The translations under genes and the position numbers were made by a program. From a bacterium (GTDB lineage: Bacteria > SAR324 > XYD2-FULL-50-16), in assembly GCA_032250835.1 (NCBI GenBank), contig JAVVEA010000009.1, forward strand, positions 64,001-128,000: a stretch of 64,000 nucleotides of DNA, in the 5' to 3' direction. The notes beneath the pieces are model-generated. The model saw only the letters and a program-made list of their open reading frames with translations. It made no database searches and was not told where the DNA came from. Below, in pieces: positions 9,934 to 18,280 of this stretch; within the stretch, counting starts at the first letter, position 1, and every line of letters begins with the position of its first letter.

Positions 9934-10965
9934 ATGAAAATCAAGTTTGATCTCTTTTATTGGATTCTCGACGCGCCTCAAAACTCTTTTTGGGCAAGAC
10001 CTTTACGAATATTACTGTTGGTCCTCTGTTACTTCTCTGCTGCCAATTCCGATCCTATGATCGGAAGCATTCAATCCTTTACCAGACAGCTTGGATTACA
10101 GCTAAAAGACGTTTTTTTGTTTCTAGTCTCAGCCCCATTCGTTGGAATTGTTTGGTATTGGCGTGATGTTGATCGCAAACGAGAAATTATTCATAAAGAG
10201 AAGGAACATAATTATAAATCATTGCATGATCAAAGAATTGCCAGAGAAATGGCTCAAGTGGAACTTGTTCGCTTGGTGGGCATGTTGGACTCAGACGAAA
10301 ATTTTTCCGCTTATGTGTTTTTGGAAAGGTATTTCAAAGGCAGTTACGGTGATGAACTAAAGATGGAGGCTCTTAAGCTAATTTCTGATCGCTTTGATCG
10401 ACTGACAAGAAAAATTTCCGAAGAAATCCAACCTAACGCTACGTTGTTTCAGGAGCGACTTAATGAATTAGCCACCCGCCATAGCGGGGAAAACTATAGC
10501 ATAGAAAAATCAACGTCAATTCAAGAGGTTGTGACTATTGCACTCCGAAATATGCCCACTTGGGCCCAGGAATTCAGATCGTCTAATTGGCTTTCTTTAG
10601 TATTGGATAGGTTCCCTCTATTGGCATTTTGCAGCGTTCACCAAAGCATTAGCATCGCGGTACTGGAGCAAATTGGTCTTTTTCAATATTGCGCCTTTAG
10701 TTCGATTACTCTTGAAACCGAAAAATCAGGGAGTATGTTCCTAGGTTGTACTTTTAAGAAAGTACATATCAAGGTTCGAACAGAAATTGATCTACATTTT
10801 ATGTCATGCGTCTTAGACGAGTGCATTATTTCAGGGCCTGATGACGAGCTGTATCAATTGAGGGCCCATATACACATATCTCACTCCACTTTGGTATCCA
10901 CCCAGATACAAGTTCGCTCGGAACTTATCGAAATAATTCCAGAAATCAGTTCTTGTTCAGATTAA
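9934..10965 (+). CDS. Low-GC hypothetical membrane protein (two N-terminal TM segments, Cys/Phe-periodic C-terminus)
   Basis: 343 aa ORF, AT-rich relative to its flanks; FQYCAF, FLGCTF and FMSCVL suggest pentapeptide/beta-solenoid repeats. Confidence 0.6.
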   Translation: MKIKFDLFYWILDAPQNSFWARPLRILLLVLCYFSAANSDPMIGSIQSFTRQLGLQLKDVFLFLVSAPFVGIVWYWRDVDRKREIIHKEKEHNYKSLHDQRIAREMAQVELVRLVGMLDSDENFSAYVFLERYFKGSYGDELKMEALKLISDRFDRLTRKISEEIQPNATLFQERLNELATRHSGENYSIEKSTSIQEVVTIALRNMPTWAQEFRSSNWLSLVLDRFPLLAFCSVHQSISIAVLEQIGLFQYCAFSSITLETEKSGSMFLGCTFKKVHIKVRTEIDLHFMSCVLDECIISGPDDELYQLRAHIHISHSTLVSTQIQVRSELIEIIPEISSCSD

Positions 10966-11103
10966 GTAAGCTTTAATCCGGTGGCAGTATACAAATTTTA
11001 TTACTGCGCTGTGGAAGCAGATGGCAGACAACTTGTTAGCTCTTTCAGATTGCCATGCGCCCAGTCAAAGCATCTTAAACTTTATAGTTTCTTTTTCCCT
11101 TTT

Positions 11104-11146
11104 GTTATTGCAATATATTGTATTTATATATATGGTATCAATATAA
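11104..11146 (+). promoter_or_regulatory. higBA promoter/operator
   Basis: TTGCAA-17 nt-TATGGT; perfect palindrome CAATATATTG at 11111-11120; TATATTG/CAATATA inverted pair flanking the -10. Confidence 0.5.
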
Positions 11147-11156
11147 CTAGGTAGCC

Positions 11157-11447
11157 ATGCGGATTATCACCAAAAAGAAAATTAGAGAGTTTACGGCGCT
11201 ACACTCTGATGCCGCATCCCCAGCTGAACGCTGGATCACCATTATCGAAAACTGTGAGGCCCAAACCTTTAATGAACTTCGCCAGACCTTTCCCACTGCG
11301 GACAAAGTCGAACGCAAGACCGTCTTTAATATTGGTGGTCTTGGAAAGGGTTATCGTTTGATCACCCGTATTGATTACTATGGGCAAAAGGTCTATATCC
11401 TGCGCACCCTCACCCACGACGAATATTTGAAAGGAGGCTGGAAATGA
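11157..11447 (+). CDS. higB: Type II toxin, HigB family
   Basis: MRIITKKKIREF...ELRQTFPTADKV..TVFNIGG..YRLITRIDY..VYI..LTHDEY..W is the HigB pattern; the toxin precedes the antitoxin. Confidence 0.92.
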   Translation: MRIITKKKIREFTALHSDAASPAERWITIIENCEAQTFNELRQTFPTADKVERKTVFNIGGLGKGYRLITRIDYYGQKVYILRTLTHDEYLKGGWK

Positions 11448-11851
11448 ACACTCCGTTGGAAATGGCCCTATCCCATTGGTCGGAGGTATCCCCTATTTTG
11501 ACCCCGCCTCACTCCGAAGAAGCCTATGATCGGACCGTTGAGGCTATGGAAGCCCTCCTTGAGATGGTCGATGATAACCCTGATCACCCTCTCTATGGGC
11601 TCTTGGATACCTTATCGCTCTTTGTAGAGACCTACGATCGGGAACATTATCAGCTACCCAAAGCCGCTCCTAATGAGGTGCTGGATTTCCTGATGAAAGA
11701 ACATAACATGACGCAGAAACAGCTTGAATCGCTGGGTTTCGACAAGCAAAGCAACATTTCAAATATTCTTAAAGGTAAGGTCCAGATGAACACCCGGCAT
11801 ATCAAAGTTGCCTGTGAGGTCTTCCATGTGGGCGCTGGAGCCTTTATCTAA
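11444..11851 (+). CDS. higA: Antitoxin HigA (HTH, Xre-like)
   Basis: ATGA overlap with higB; EEAYD...ETYDREHY..P..VLDFLMKEHNMTQKQL..SNISNILKG. Confidence 0.9.
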   Translation: MNTPLEMALSHWSEVSPILTPPHSEEAYDRTVEAMEALLEMVDDNPDHPLYGLLDTLSLFVETYDREHYQLPKAAPNEVLDFLMKEHNMTQKQLESLGFDKQSNISNILKGKVQMNTRHIKVACEVFHVGAGAFI

Positions 11852-11982
11852 AGCTCGCCCAAGTCGGATAGCCTAGCCAATAATAACTACAAATCAATAA
11901 CCCTTGTATTTTTGCAGGCATCAGGTGAGAAAAAACCTTTTTTCACCGCCCCGCAGCGCCGCTAGCTTGAAGCCAGCCCGCC

Positions 11983-13524
11983 CTAATCCCGAATATCAAA
12001 CCGGGGGTCGTAGACGAAGGTGTTGTCGATGGTTTTGGAGGTGCCAAATTCTTTTTCACCGCCGAAGGTGTAGATGCGGTCGTTGAAGACGATGGAGGCG
12101 TGGGTGTCTAGCGCAAAGGGGAGGGAGTTTTTGCGGCTCCAGGTTTGGCTTTTGGGGTCGAAGACCTCTACAGCCGGTTCTCCGGCCCCGGCCCCGGTGC
12201 CGTGGCCGCCGATCACATAGATTTTGCCGCCCATTGCCACGGCGTCCAGGTAGTAACGCCCGGTGGGCATTGGCGGGGATTCTTCCCAATGGTCCGTGGC
12301 GGGGTCGTAGACTTCGAGTAACGATTCGGTGGTGTGGCCGCCGATCAAATAAATCTTGCCCTCAATACTCGCCGAGGTGTGGCGGTAGCGGGGGGTGTGT
12401 AGGTCTTCGCCTCTAGACCAAGTTTCGGTTTGGGGGTCAAAGATTTCGAGCCGCTGGGGCCCGCCTAAGCCCCCCATGACGTAGATTTTTCCGCCCACCA
12501 CTTCGGCGGTCAGGTTGTAGCGGGGCGTGGGCAGCTTGGGGGCGGTGTCCCACCGGTTGGCGGCGGGGTTGTAAACTTCGACGGAAGAAAGCCCATCGCG
12601 TTGCTCTTGGTTGTGCCCACCGAAAACGTAGATCGCGCCGTTGACGCTGACGGCGGCAAAGTGGTTGCGCGCCACCTTCATCGGGGCCAACTCGTTCCAA
12701 CTGTTCCGCTCTAAGTCGTAGGCAAAGACCCGGTTTGAATAGCTACCGTTCCAGCCGCCGATCAGATAGGCCTTATCCTTGATCCGCACCACCCGGTGCC
12801 CGGCAATATGGATCGGGATCGGAGCGCCTTCGTCGTACGGGGTGCCCACCTCGACCTGATGTTCCATGCTTTGCGCCAACTGCCCATCAAACACACTCAG
12901 GTTGAAGGCATAGGTGCCCTTAACGTCTGGGCGGAAGACAAAGCTTTTAGCTTCGGTGGAAATCGACGGGGTTTTGCTGCCGGAGGGCCGTTGGCTGAGT
13001 TCCCAGGAAAAGCCCTGGATGCCCTTGGTGGGGTCTTCGGGGTCTGCGTCTGGGTCGTGGCTGGCTGAGGCGTCTAGCTTGAGTGGGCGGCCTGGATTGG
13101 TGTACTGCGTCTCGCCTGGGTTGGGGACCGGGCGGTGGTTAGAGGCTTCTAAGGGGATGATCTTTTCGACAAAGTCGTTCTCGGCTAGGAAAACCTTAGA
13201 GTTTTCTAGCTGGAAGCCTTCCTTTTTGACCTTGATTTGGTAGTTGCCGCTGGGTAACAAGATTTCGTGGGGGCCCGTTCCCTTGGGGCCCTTAAGCTCA
13301 ATGGCATAGCCCTTGTCGCTGCTGATGAACTTACCCTTACTCTGGCCGTCTTCGCTTAAGACCTCAATCTGGCTGCCGGGAATCGGGAAACCCGCCTCGA
13401 CCACGCTGATCACCAAGGAACTGTTGCGGGTCATCTGGTCTAGTTGCACCGGGATCAACGGCCCGGCGGTAACCGAAACGGCCATGATCGCGTAAACTTG
13501 CATATCCCGACGAGATACAGACAC
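11983..13524 (-). CDS. Kelch-repeat beta-propeller protein with N-terminal transthyretin-like and PKD/Ig-like domains
   Basis: Six Kelch repeats (IYVxGG...VEVYDP..W..MP.PR); LDASASHDPD..FSW...GTYAFNLSVFDG Ig-like segment. Confidence 0.85.
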   Translation of the reverse strand: MSVSRRDMQVYAIMAVSVTAGPLIPVQLDQMTRNSSLVISVVEAGFPIPGSQIEVLSEDGQSKGKFISSDKGYAIELKGPKGTGPHEILLPSGNYQIKVKKEGFQLENSKVFLAENDFVEKIIPLEASNHRPVPNPGETQYTNPGRPLKLDASASHDPDADPEDPTKGIQGFSWELSQRPSGSKTPSISTEAKSFVFRPDVKGTYAFNLSVFDGQLAQSMEHQVEVGTPYDEGAPIPIHIAGHRVVRIKDKAYLIGGWNGSYSNRVFAYDLERNSWNELAPMKVARNHFAAVSVNGAIYVFGGHNQEQRDGLSSVEVYNPAANRWDTAPKLPTPRYNLTAEVVGGKIYVMGGLGGPQRLEIFDPQTETWSRGEDLHTPRYRHTSASIEGKIYLIGGHTTESLLEVYDPATDHWEESPPMPTGRYYLDAVAMGGKIYVIGGHGTGAGAGEPAVEVFDPKSQTWSRKNSLPFALDTHASIVFNDRIYTFGGEKEFGTSKTIDNTFVYDPRFDIRD

Positions 13525-13533
13525 ATCGCCTCG

Positions 13534-16500
13534 TTACATCTCAGGTTCTTCGCGGAAGTCAGCCGAAGAAATCTTGTGTTTCTTAAAGGCCGCCACCAAC
13601 GCTTCCCAAACCTTTCCGTGGATCACCCGCCTGCGCCCATAGTCCCCAATGGCATAGACACAAACATAGGTCGCCGACCAGTGGGTGTAGTTATCAAAAC
13701 GCACCAGCGGCTCGGGCTCTTTGAGCACTTCTTCAACCGACTTCATCGCATCGGTACAAACCTTCACTACCTGGTAATAATCCTCGGCCTTTTCGATGTT
13801 GATCTCGAACAGGATCTCCATGATCCGGTTGGGCGAGGTAAAATTTTGGAAGTTGGTTTCTGAGATGCTGTTGTTGGGGATGATGATCATGGCCCCGTCG
13901 CGGGTCTGGATCTTGACGGTGCGCCAGTTGATCTCCATCACACGGCCCTCTTCGATATCCCCGACCTGTACCCAGTCACCGATCTTCAGGCTCTTTTCTA
14001 AGTTCAACACCAAACCGGCAAAGATGTTGCTGATGTTCATCTGCACCGCCATACCGATGATCATCACGAAAATACCCGAGGTGCCCAGAATGCTGGTCAC
14101 CGTCTCGCCATAGACAAAGGCTAAGATACCAAAGACCGACAAGGAGATGATCACCGCCGCAAAGAAGACCCGCGCAAAACGGGGGATGTCGCGGCCCGTC
14201 GAAATTTCCAGTTCCCGCCAAACAAAGTTTTCCACCGCCCGGATGAACAGCAGGGTGGGCACAAACCACCAGAGAATATCAAAGACCTGCCGGGTCAGGG
14301 CCAGCTTTTCTATCTCCGCGCTTTGGAAGAAGTAGTCGGTGCTGAGGATTTCTAAGTTATAAACCAGCGCCATCACCGCCAAGGCTTTGATCGCCCAGGT
14401 CCAAAAGCCGGGGCGGAACTCGCGGGGGCGCTCTACCTCGACCTCCGTTTCACCGTAGTCGTGGGCATAAAAGAAGCCGGTTTTTGGCCGCGCCGACTGG
14501 GTCACTTTGACCCGTTCGGTGGGGCCTAAGAGGCGCATGGTGATCGGCTTAAGCCATAGCGGCAAGACCAAGCGGCGCTCAAAAGCCAGGGCCAACAAGA
14601 AGAACAGCGGGGCCAAAATCAAGGCCATCTTGGGCGAAACCCCATTGCGGATCACCGAATGTTCCGCTTTGAGGCTCAAGCCCGCATAATACGAAGAAAA
14701 GGAAACCTGCTTGGAGGTTTCGTGGATATACTTCAGGTTGCCTTGGATGGGCAGTTCTAAAACGGTCTGGTAACTCCAAAAGTTTTCGGCTAGCCAGCCG
14801 GTAGAGCGTTTGTATTCGATCCGCTCGTTGCGCTCTGGCGGGCCTGAAAGCCGCGCCCCGCCGATCACGTCGGGCACAAAGATCAGGTTGGCCCGGTCTA
14901 GCTTCAGGTGGCTGAAACAGACCCCTACATTGTGGTGCTCTGGGGATTGGGGGGTGACAAAGTCTTCTTTAAACTTCCCTTCTACTTCATAACGCCGGTA
15001 TATCTGGTTGCCATAGCTCACCTCTTCGACGGGCATGCGCAGCTTGATGGGCTCAACGGCGTTGCAAAACTCAATGTCGCGCACGTCGATCCCGCGCCGG
15101 TAGCGGAACCAGAGGTCAAAGTTTAATTTATAGGTTCCGGCGGCTTCGTCCAATTCGCTGATTTCACCGAGGTCCACCCCGGTGTAGACGATATAGGTGC
15201 GGTGGAACAACGCCTCGTCCACCTTGGCCAATAGCCCCGCTTGGATACGCTCGTCGAGGCCGTTGATCCGCTTGGGGTCTCCGGCGGCTTTCATCTGCAA
15301 AGGGGCGGAAATCAAGCGGTTGTGCCGGTATTGGCCCATGGTCAGCGGCTTTTCCATGTCCCCCTGCGCATCAAAAAAATTGATGCCCGTCACCCCTACA
15401 AAAGACTGGTTTAGGTGGGAAAAGGCAGCCAACTGGTCACGCAGTTTGATCCGCTGGGCTTTGATGTCCCCTTCGCCTAGCTGGGCCATTTGAGCCGCTT
15501 GGGTCAGCAGCAGGGCGGCGTCAAAGGCATAGGCAGCGCGCCAACCAGGCGCATGGCCAAACTTTTCTTGGTAATCCTGGGCAAATTTCTGGGCCCGCTG
15601 GCTCGCCGAATCAAAGAGCAGCGGCGCGGCGGTGTAGATGCCGTCGGTATAATAGCCGGGATGTTGCAGTTCCTTGGGCGACGAGGCAAAGGCCTGAACA
15701 AAGTCATCCTGCGCCGCCGCGTCGGGCAGCAAGACCTGGAAGCTCAAATCATTGTCGCGCAGGTAATGCAGGATCTTGGTGACCTCTTTATTGTGCCCTG
15801 CGATAAACAAGAGGGTGCCTTCCCCTTGATCCCCCAACTTGCCGCCTAGTTCGCTGAGTTGCTGGTTCAAGGAGGCTTCATCGGTGGAGTATTCCAGCGC
15901 CAAGGCCACTTCCATACCCATTGCCTTGGCTTCTAATTGAAACTTTTCGGCTAAAAACTGGCCGTAGGGTTGGTCTTCGTAGAGCACCGTCACCCGCTCC
16001 ATATTCAGCATCACCTTGGCATATTGGGCCAAAAAACGGCCCTGATAGGCATCGGAGAAGATATTTCGGAAGTACCAAGGGTTGTCCTTGGTGACCTGAT
16101 TATTGGTCGAGGTGGGCGTGATCGCCGGGATTTGGAGCTCTTGGTAGATCGGACCGGCGGCCAATGAAACAGAGCTAAAGTTGTGGCCTACCACCCCTAA
16201 AATATTGGGGCTCTGGGCAATCTGCCGCGCCAATTGGACCGCCTTCTGGGCGTCGTTTTCGTCGTCAAAGGTCTGTAGCTCTAACCGGTAGCCATGCTCT
16301 GAACTCTCGGCGTTATACTGGTCGGCAAAAACCTGGGCGGCTTTATAAAAGGCATCGCCCGCCGCTCCTTCCTTCATAGGCCCAACCACCGCGAGGTGCA
16401 GGGTTTTAGTGGCCCCCAAATCGGCAGCACTCAAGTCAAAGGCCTGCAAAGGCGCAACTAGGCTAAACAACCAACATAAGCCTAGGGCCCAAGGGCTAAG

Positions 16501-16536
16501 AGAGGTCAGCAGGTTGCGTTTAAAATTCCGATTCAT
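13534..16536 (-). CDS. Type I periplasmic binding protein (LivJ-like) + pLGIC-ECD-like domain + MscS channel fusion
   Basis: VVGHNFSSVSLAAGPIY, YFRNIFSD, AYAFDAA; central VYTGVDLGEISELD..TYKLNFDLWFRY..IEFCNA; C-terminal SNIFAGL..IGDWVQVG..GRVMEINWRTVKI..IIPN. Confidence 0.85.
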   Translation of the reverse strand: MNRNFKRNLLTSLSPWALGLCWLFSLVAPLQAFDLSAADLGATKTLHLAVVGPMKEGAAGDAFYKAAQVFADQYNAESSEHGYRLELQTFDDENDAQKAVQLARQIAQSPNILGVVGHNFSSVSLAAGPIYQELQIPAITPTSTNNQVTKDNPWYFRNIFSDAYQGRFLAQYAKVMLNMERVTVLYEDQPYGQFLAEKFQLEAKAMGMEVALALEYSTDEASLNQQLSELGGKLGDQGEGTLLFIAGHNKEVTKILHYLRDNDLSFQVLLPDAAAQDDFVQAFASSPKELQHPGYYTDGIYTAAPLLFDSASQRAQKFAQDYQEKFGHAPGWRAAYAFDAALLLTQAAQMAQLGEGDIKAQRIKLRDQLAAFSHLNQSFVGVTGINFFDAQGDMEKPLTMGQYRHNRLISAPLQMKAAGDPKRINGLDERIQAGLLAKVDEALFHRTYIVYTGVDLGEISELDEAAGTYKLNFDLWFRYRRGIDVRDIEFCNAVEPIKLRMPVEEVSYGNQIYRRYEVEGKFKEDFVTPQSPEHHNVGVCFSHLKLDRANLIFVPDVIGGARLSGPPERNERIEYKRSTGWLAENFWSYQTVLELPIQGNLKYIHETSKQVSFSSYYAGLSLKAEHSVIRNGVSPKMALILAPLFFLLALAFERRLVLPLWLKPITMRLLGPTERVKVTQSARPKTGFFYAHDYGETEVEVERPREFRPGFWTWAIKALAVMALVYNLEILSTDYFFQSAEIEKLALTRQVFDILWWFVPTLLFIRAVENFVWRELEISTGRDIPRFARVFFAAVIISLSVFGILAFVYGETVTSILGTSGIFVMIIGMAVQMNISNIFAGLVLNLEKSLKIGDWVQVGDIEEGRVMEINWRTVKIQTRDGAMIIIPNNSISETNFQNFTSPNRIMEILFEINIEKAEDYYQVVKVCTDAMKSVEEVLKEPEPLVRFDNYTHWSATYVCVYAIGDYGRRRVIHGKVWEALVAAFKKHKISSADFREEPEM

Positions 16537-17128
16537 GAAGCCAAGGGGGTTGCAATCGTCCGGTTCCAGTTTTGGGGCGTTCCTAAGCGGGTCTATTCTC
16601 CTGAGTATAGGGCTATTTCCAGGGAAGCTGTCAATTTGGGCATAGCCCTTAGGCAAGGGGCTTAAGCCAGAACTTGCGCCGCCTGAGCGGTGGGCTGCAC
16701 CGCCTTGGGCGCTTGTACCAGAGCTAAGTGCCCTAAAGAGGCCCCAACTTTGTGTTCAGGCTATCTTTAGACCAAAGGGGGCTTTTGGGGCCCCAACCGG
16801 AATCAGAAGGCATAATCGTGAGGCTGCGTCAGGGCCTTGACCCTCTAGCCTAATTTGATCAACTCATTGAAATAAAATAATTAACATAAACAACAAGGCC
16901 ACAATCCCCTTGGATGGCTCGGACAACTTTTGTCGTTTTACCTAGGTGGTTAGACTTAGGGGAAATTACAAAAAATAAAGGGGTATTTTTTTGGGTAATG
17001 GGCCCTTGTGGGCCTGTGTAAAGTAATTTTGCCCTTTTGCAGCATGGCAAAATGAAAAAAACCATGATAAGCTTCCAGATAGAAATGCCATCGGCAGGCC
17101 TGTGGCGAAAATCCTGGAGCGCTACGCA

Positions 17129-18280
17129 ATGATTCCAATAAAAATACTGGCTATCGATGATGAGCCCGATACCCTTGAGTTACTGAGTCTGAAGTTTACA
17201 GAGGAAGTGCGCAGCGGGCAGTTTGAGTTCCTTTACGCCTCAAATGGCGAAGAAGGTTTATCCCGGCTGATCGAGAAGCACTTCGACCTAGCCTTGGTGG
17301 ACCTGCGCATGCCCTTGATGGATGGGTTAGAATTCTTAAAGCGCGCCCAAGAACTTTTCCCGAATCTGCTGTGTATCGTTGTATCGGCCTTTGATGACAT
17401 GAAAAATCTGAGGCAAGCCATGAATTACGGGGCCTTTGATTTTGTCTGTAAGCCCATCCAATTTGAAGACCTACACCAGACGATCTTAAAGGCCCAACGA
17501 TCCATCGAAAAACAAGAAGTCGCCCGGCGCACTAAAGAAAGCCTACTTTCGGTGATGAACCACGAACTGCGCACGCCGCTCAATGGCGTGATCGGCATGG
17601 CCGACTACATTGCCACCCAAGTAAGCGACCCCTTTTTATACGAAAGTCTTGAGGTGATCCGTGACTCGGGAAATTCTTTGTTAGACGTCTTCAACGACAT
17701 CCTCTTTTATTCTTCCAGCGCCTACCCCGAAACGATCCGCAGCGATGAGCAACTGATCCTCTCGGCCTTTTTGAAGTCTTTAGTGAATCTGTACCAGCCC
17801 GTCGCCAGACTCAAGCACATTGCGCTGGAACTAAAAATCATCGGTACCTTGCCGCCTTTGGTGGTGGGGGACCGGGTCCATTTGTCCCAGGTCTTGACCC
17901 ACCTTTTGAGCAACGCCATCAAGTTCTCGGTCAGCTCCACCGAAGTGGTTCTGACCTGTGAAGCGAAAAAACGTTCTGCCGAACAGGTATGGCTGCGCTT
18001 TGAAGTGATCGATCAGGGGGTTGGCATCGCGCCCGAGGTGCAAGAAAAAATATTTGAACCTTTCTTCCAAATTGATGACAGCTTAACCCGCGCCGTGGGC
18101 GGCCTGGGACTGGGCTTAGCGATTGCGAAACTTTGGATAGAGCGGCTCGGCGGGAGCATCGGCCTGCAAAGTGAATTAGGCCAAGGCAGCCGGTTTTGGA
18201 TTGAAGTGCCCTTCCAAACGCCTCATTTATTTTCAGGTAACGGTGAATCGGCCTCTTCCAGCCAGGGCAAAAATATCTGA
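17129..18280 (+). CDS. Hybrid REC-HisKA-HATPase histidine kinase
   Basis: IDDE, DLRMPLMDG, FVCKP; HELRTPLNG; NAIKF, DQGVGI, GLGLGL. Confidence 0.93.
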   Translation: MIPIKILAIDDEPDTLELLSLKFTEEVRSGQFEFLYASNGEEGLSRLIEKHFDLALVDLRMPLMDGLEFLKRAQELFPNLLCIVVSAFDDMKNLRQAMNYGAFDFVCKPIQFEDLHQTILKAQRSIEKQEVARRTKESLLSVMNHELRTPLNGVIGMADYIATQVSDPFLYESLEVIRDSGNSLLDVFNDILFYSSSAYPETIRSDEQLILSAFLKSLVNLYQPVARLKHIALELKIIGTLPPLVVGDRVHLSQVLTHLLSNAIKFSVSSTEVVLTCEAKKRSAEQVWLRFEVIDQGVGIAPEVQEKIFEPFFQIDDSLTRAVGGLGLGLAIAKLWIERLGGSIGLQSELGQGSRFWIEVPFQTPHLFSGNGESASSSQGKNI

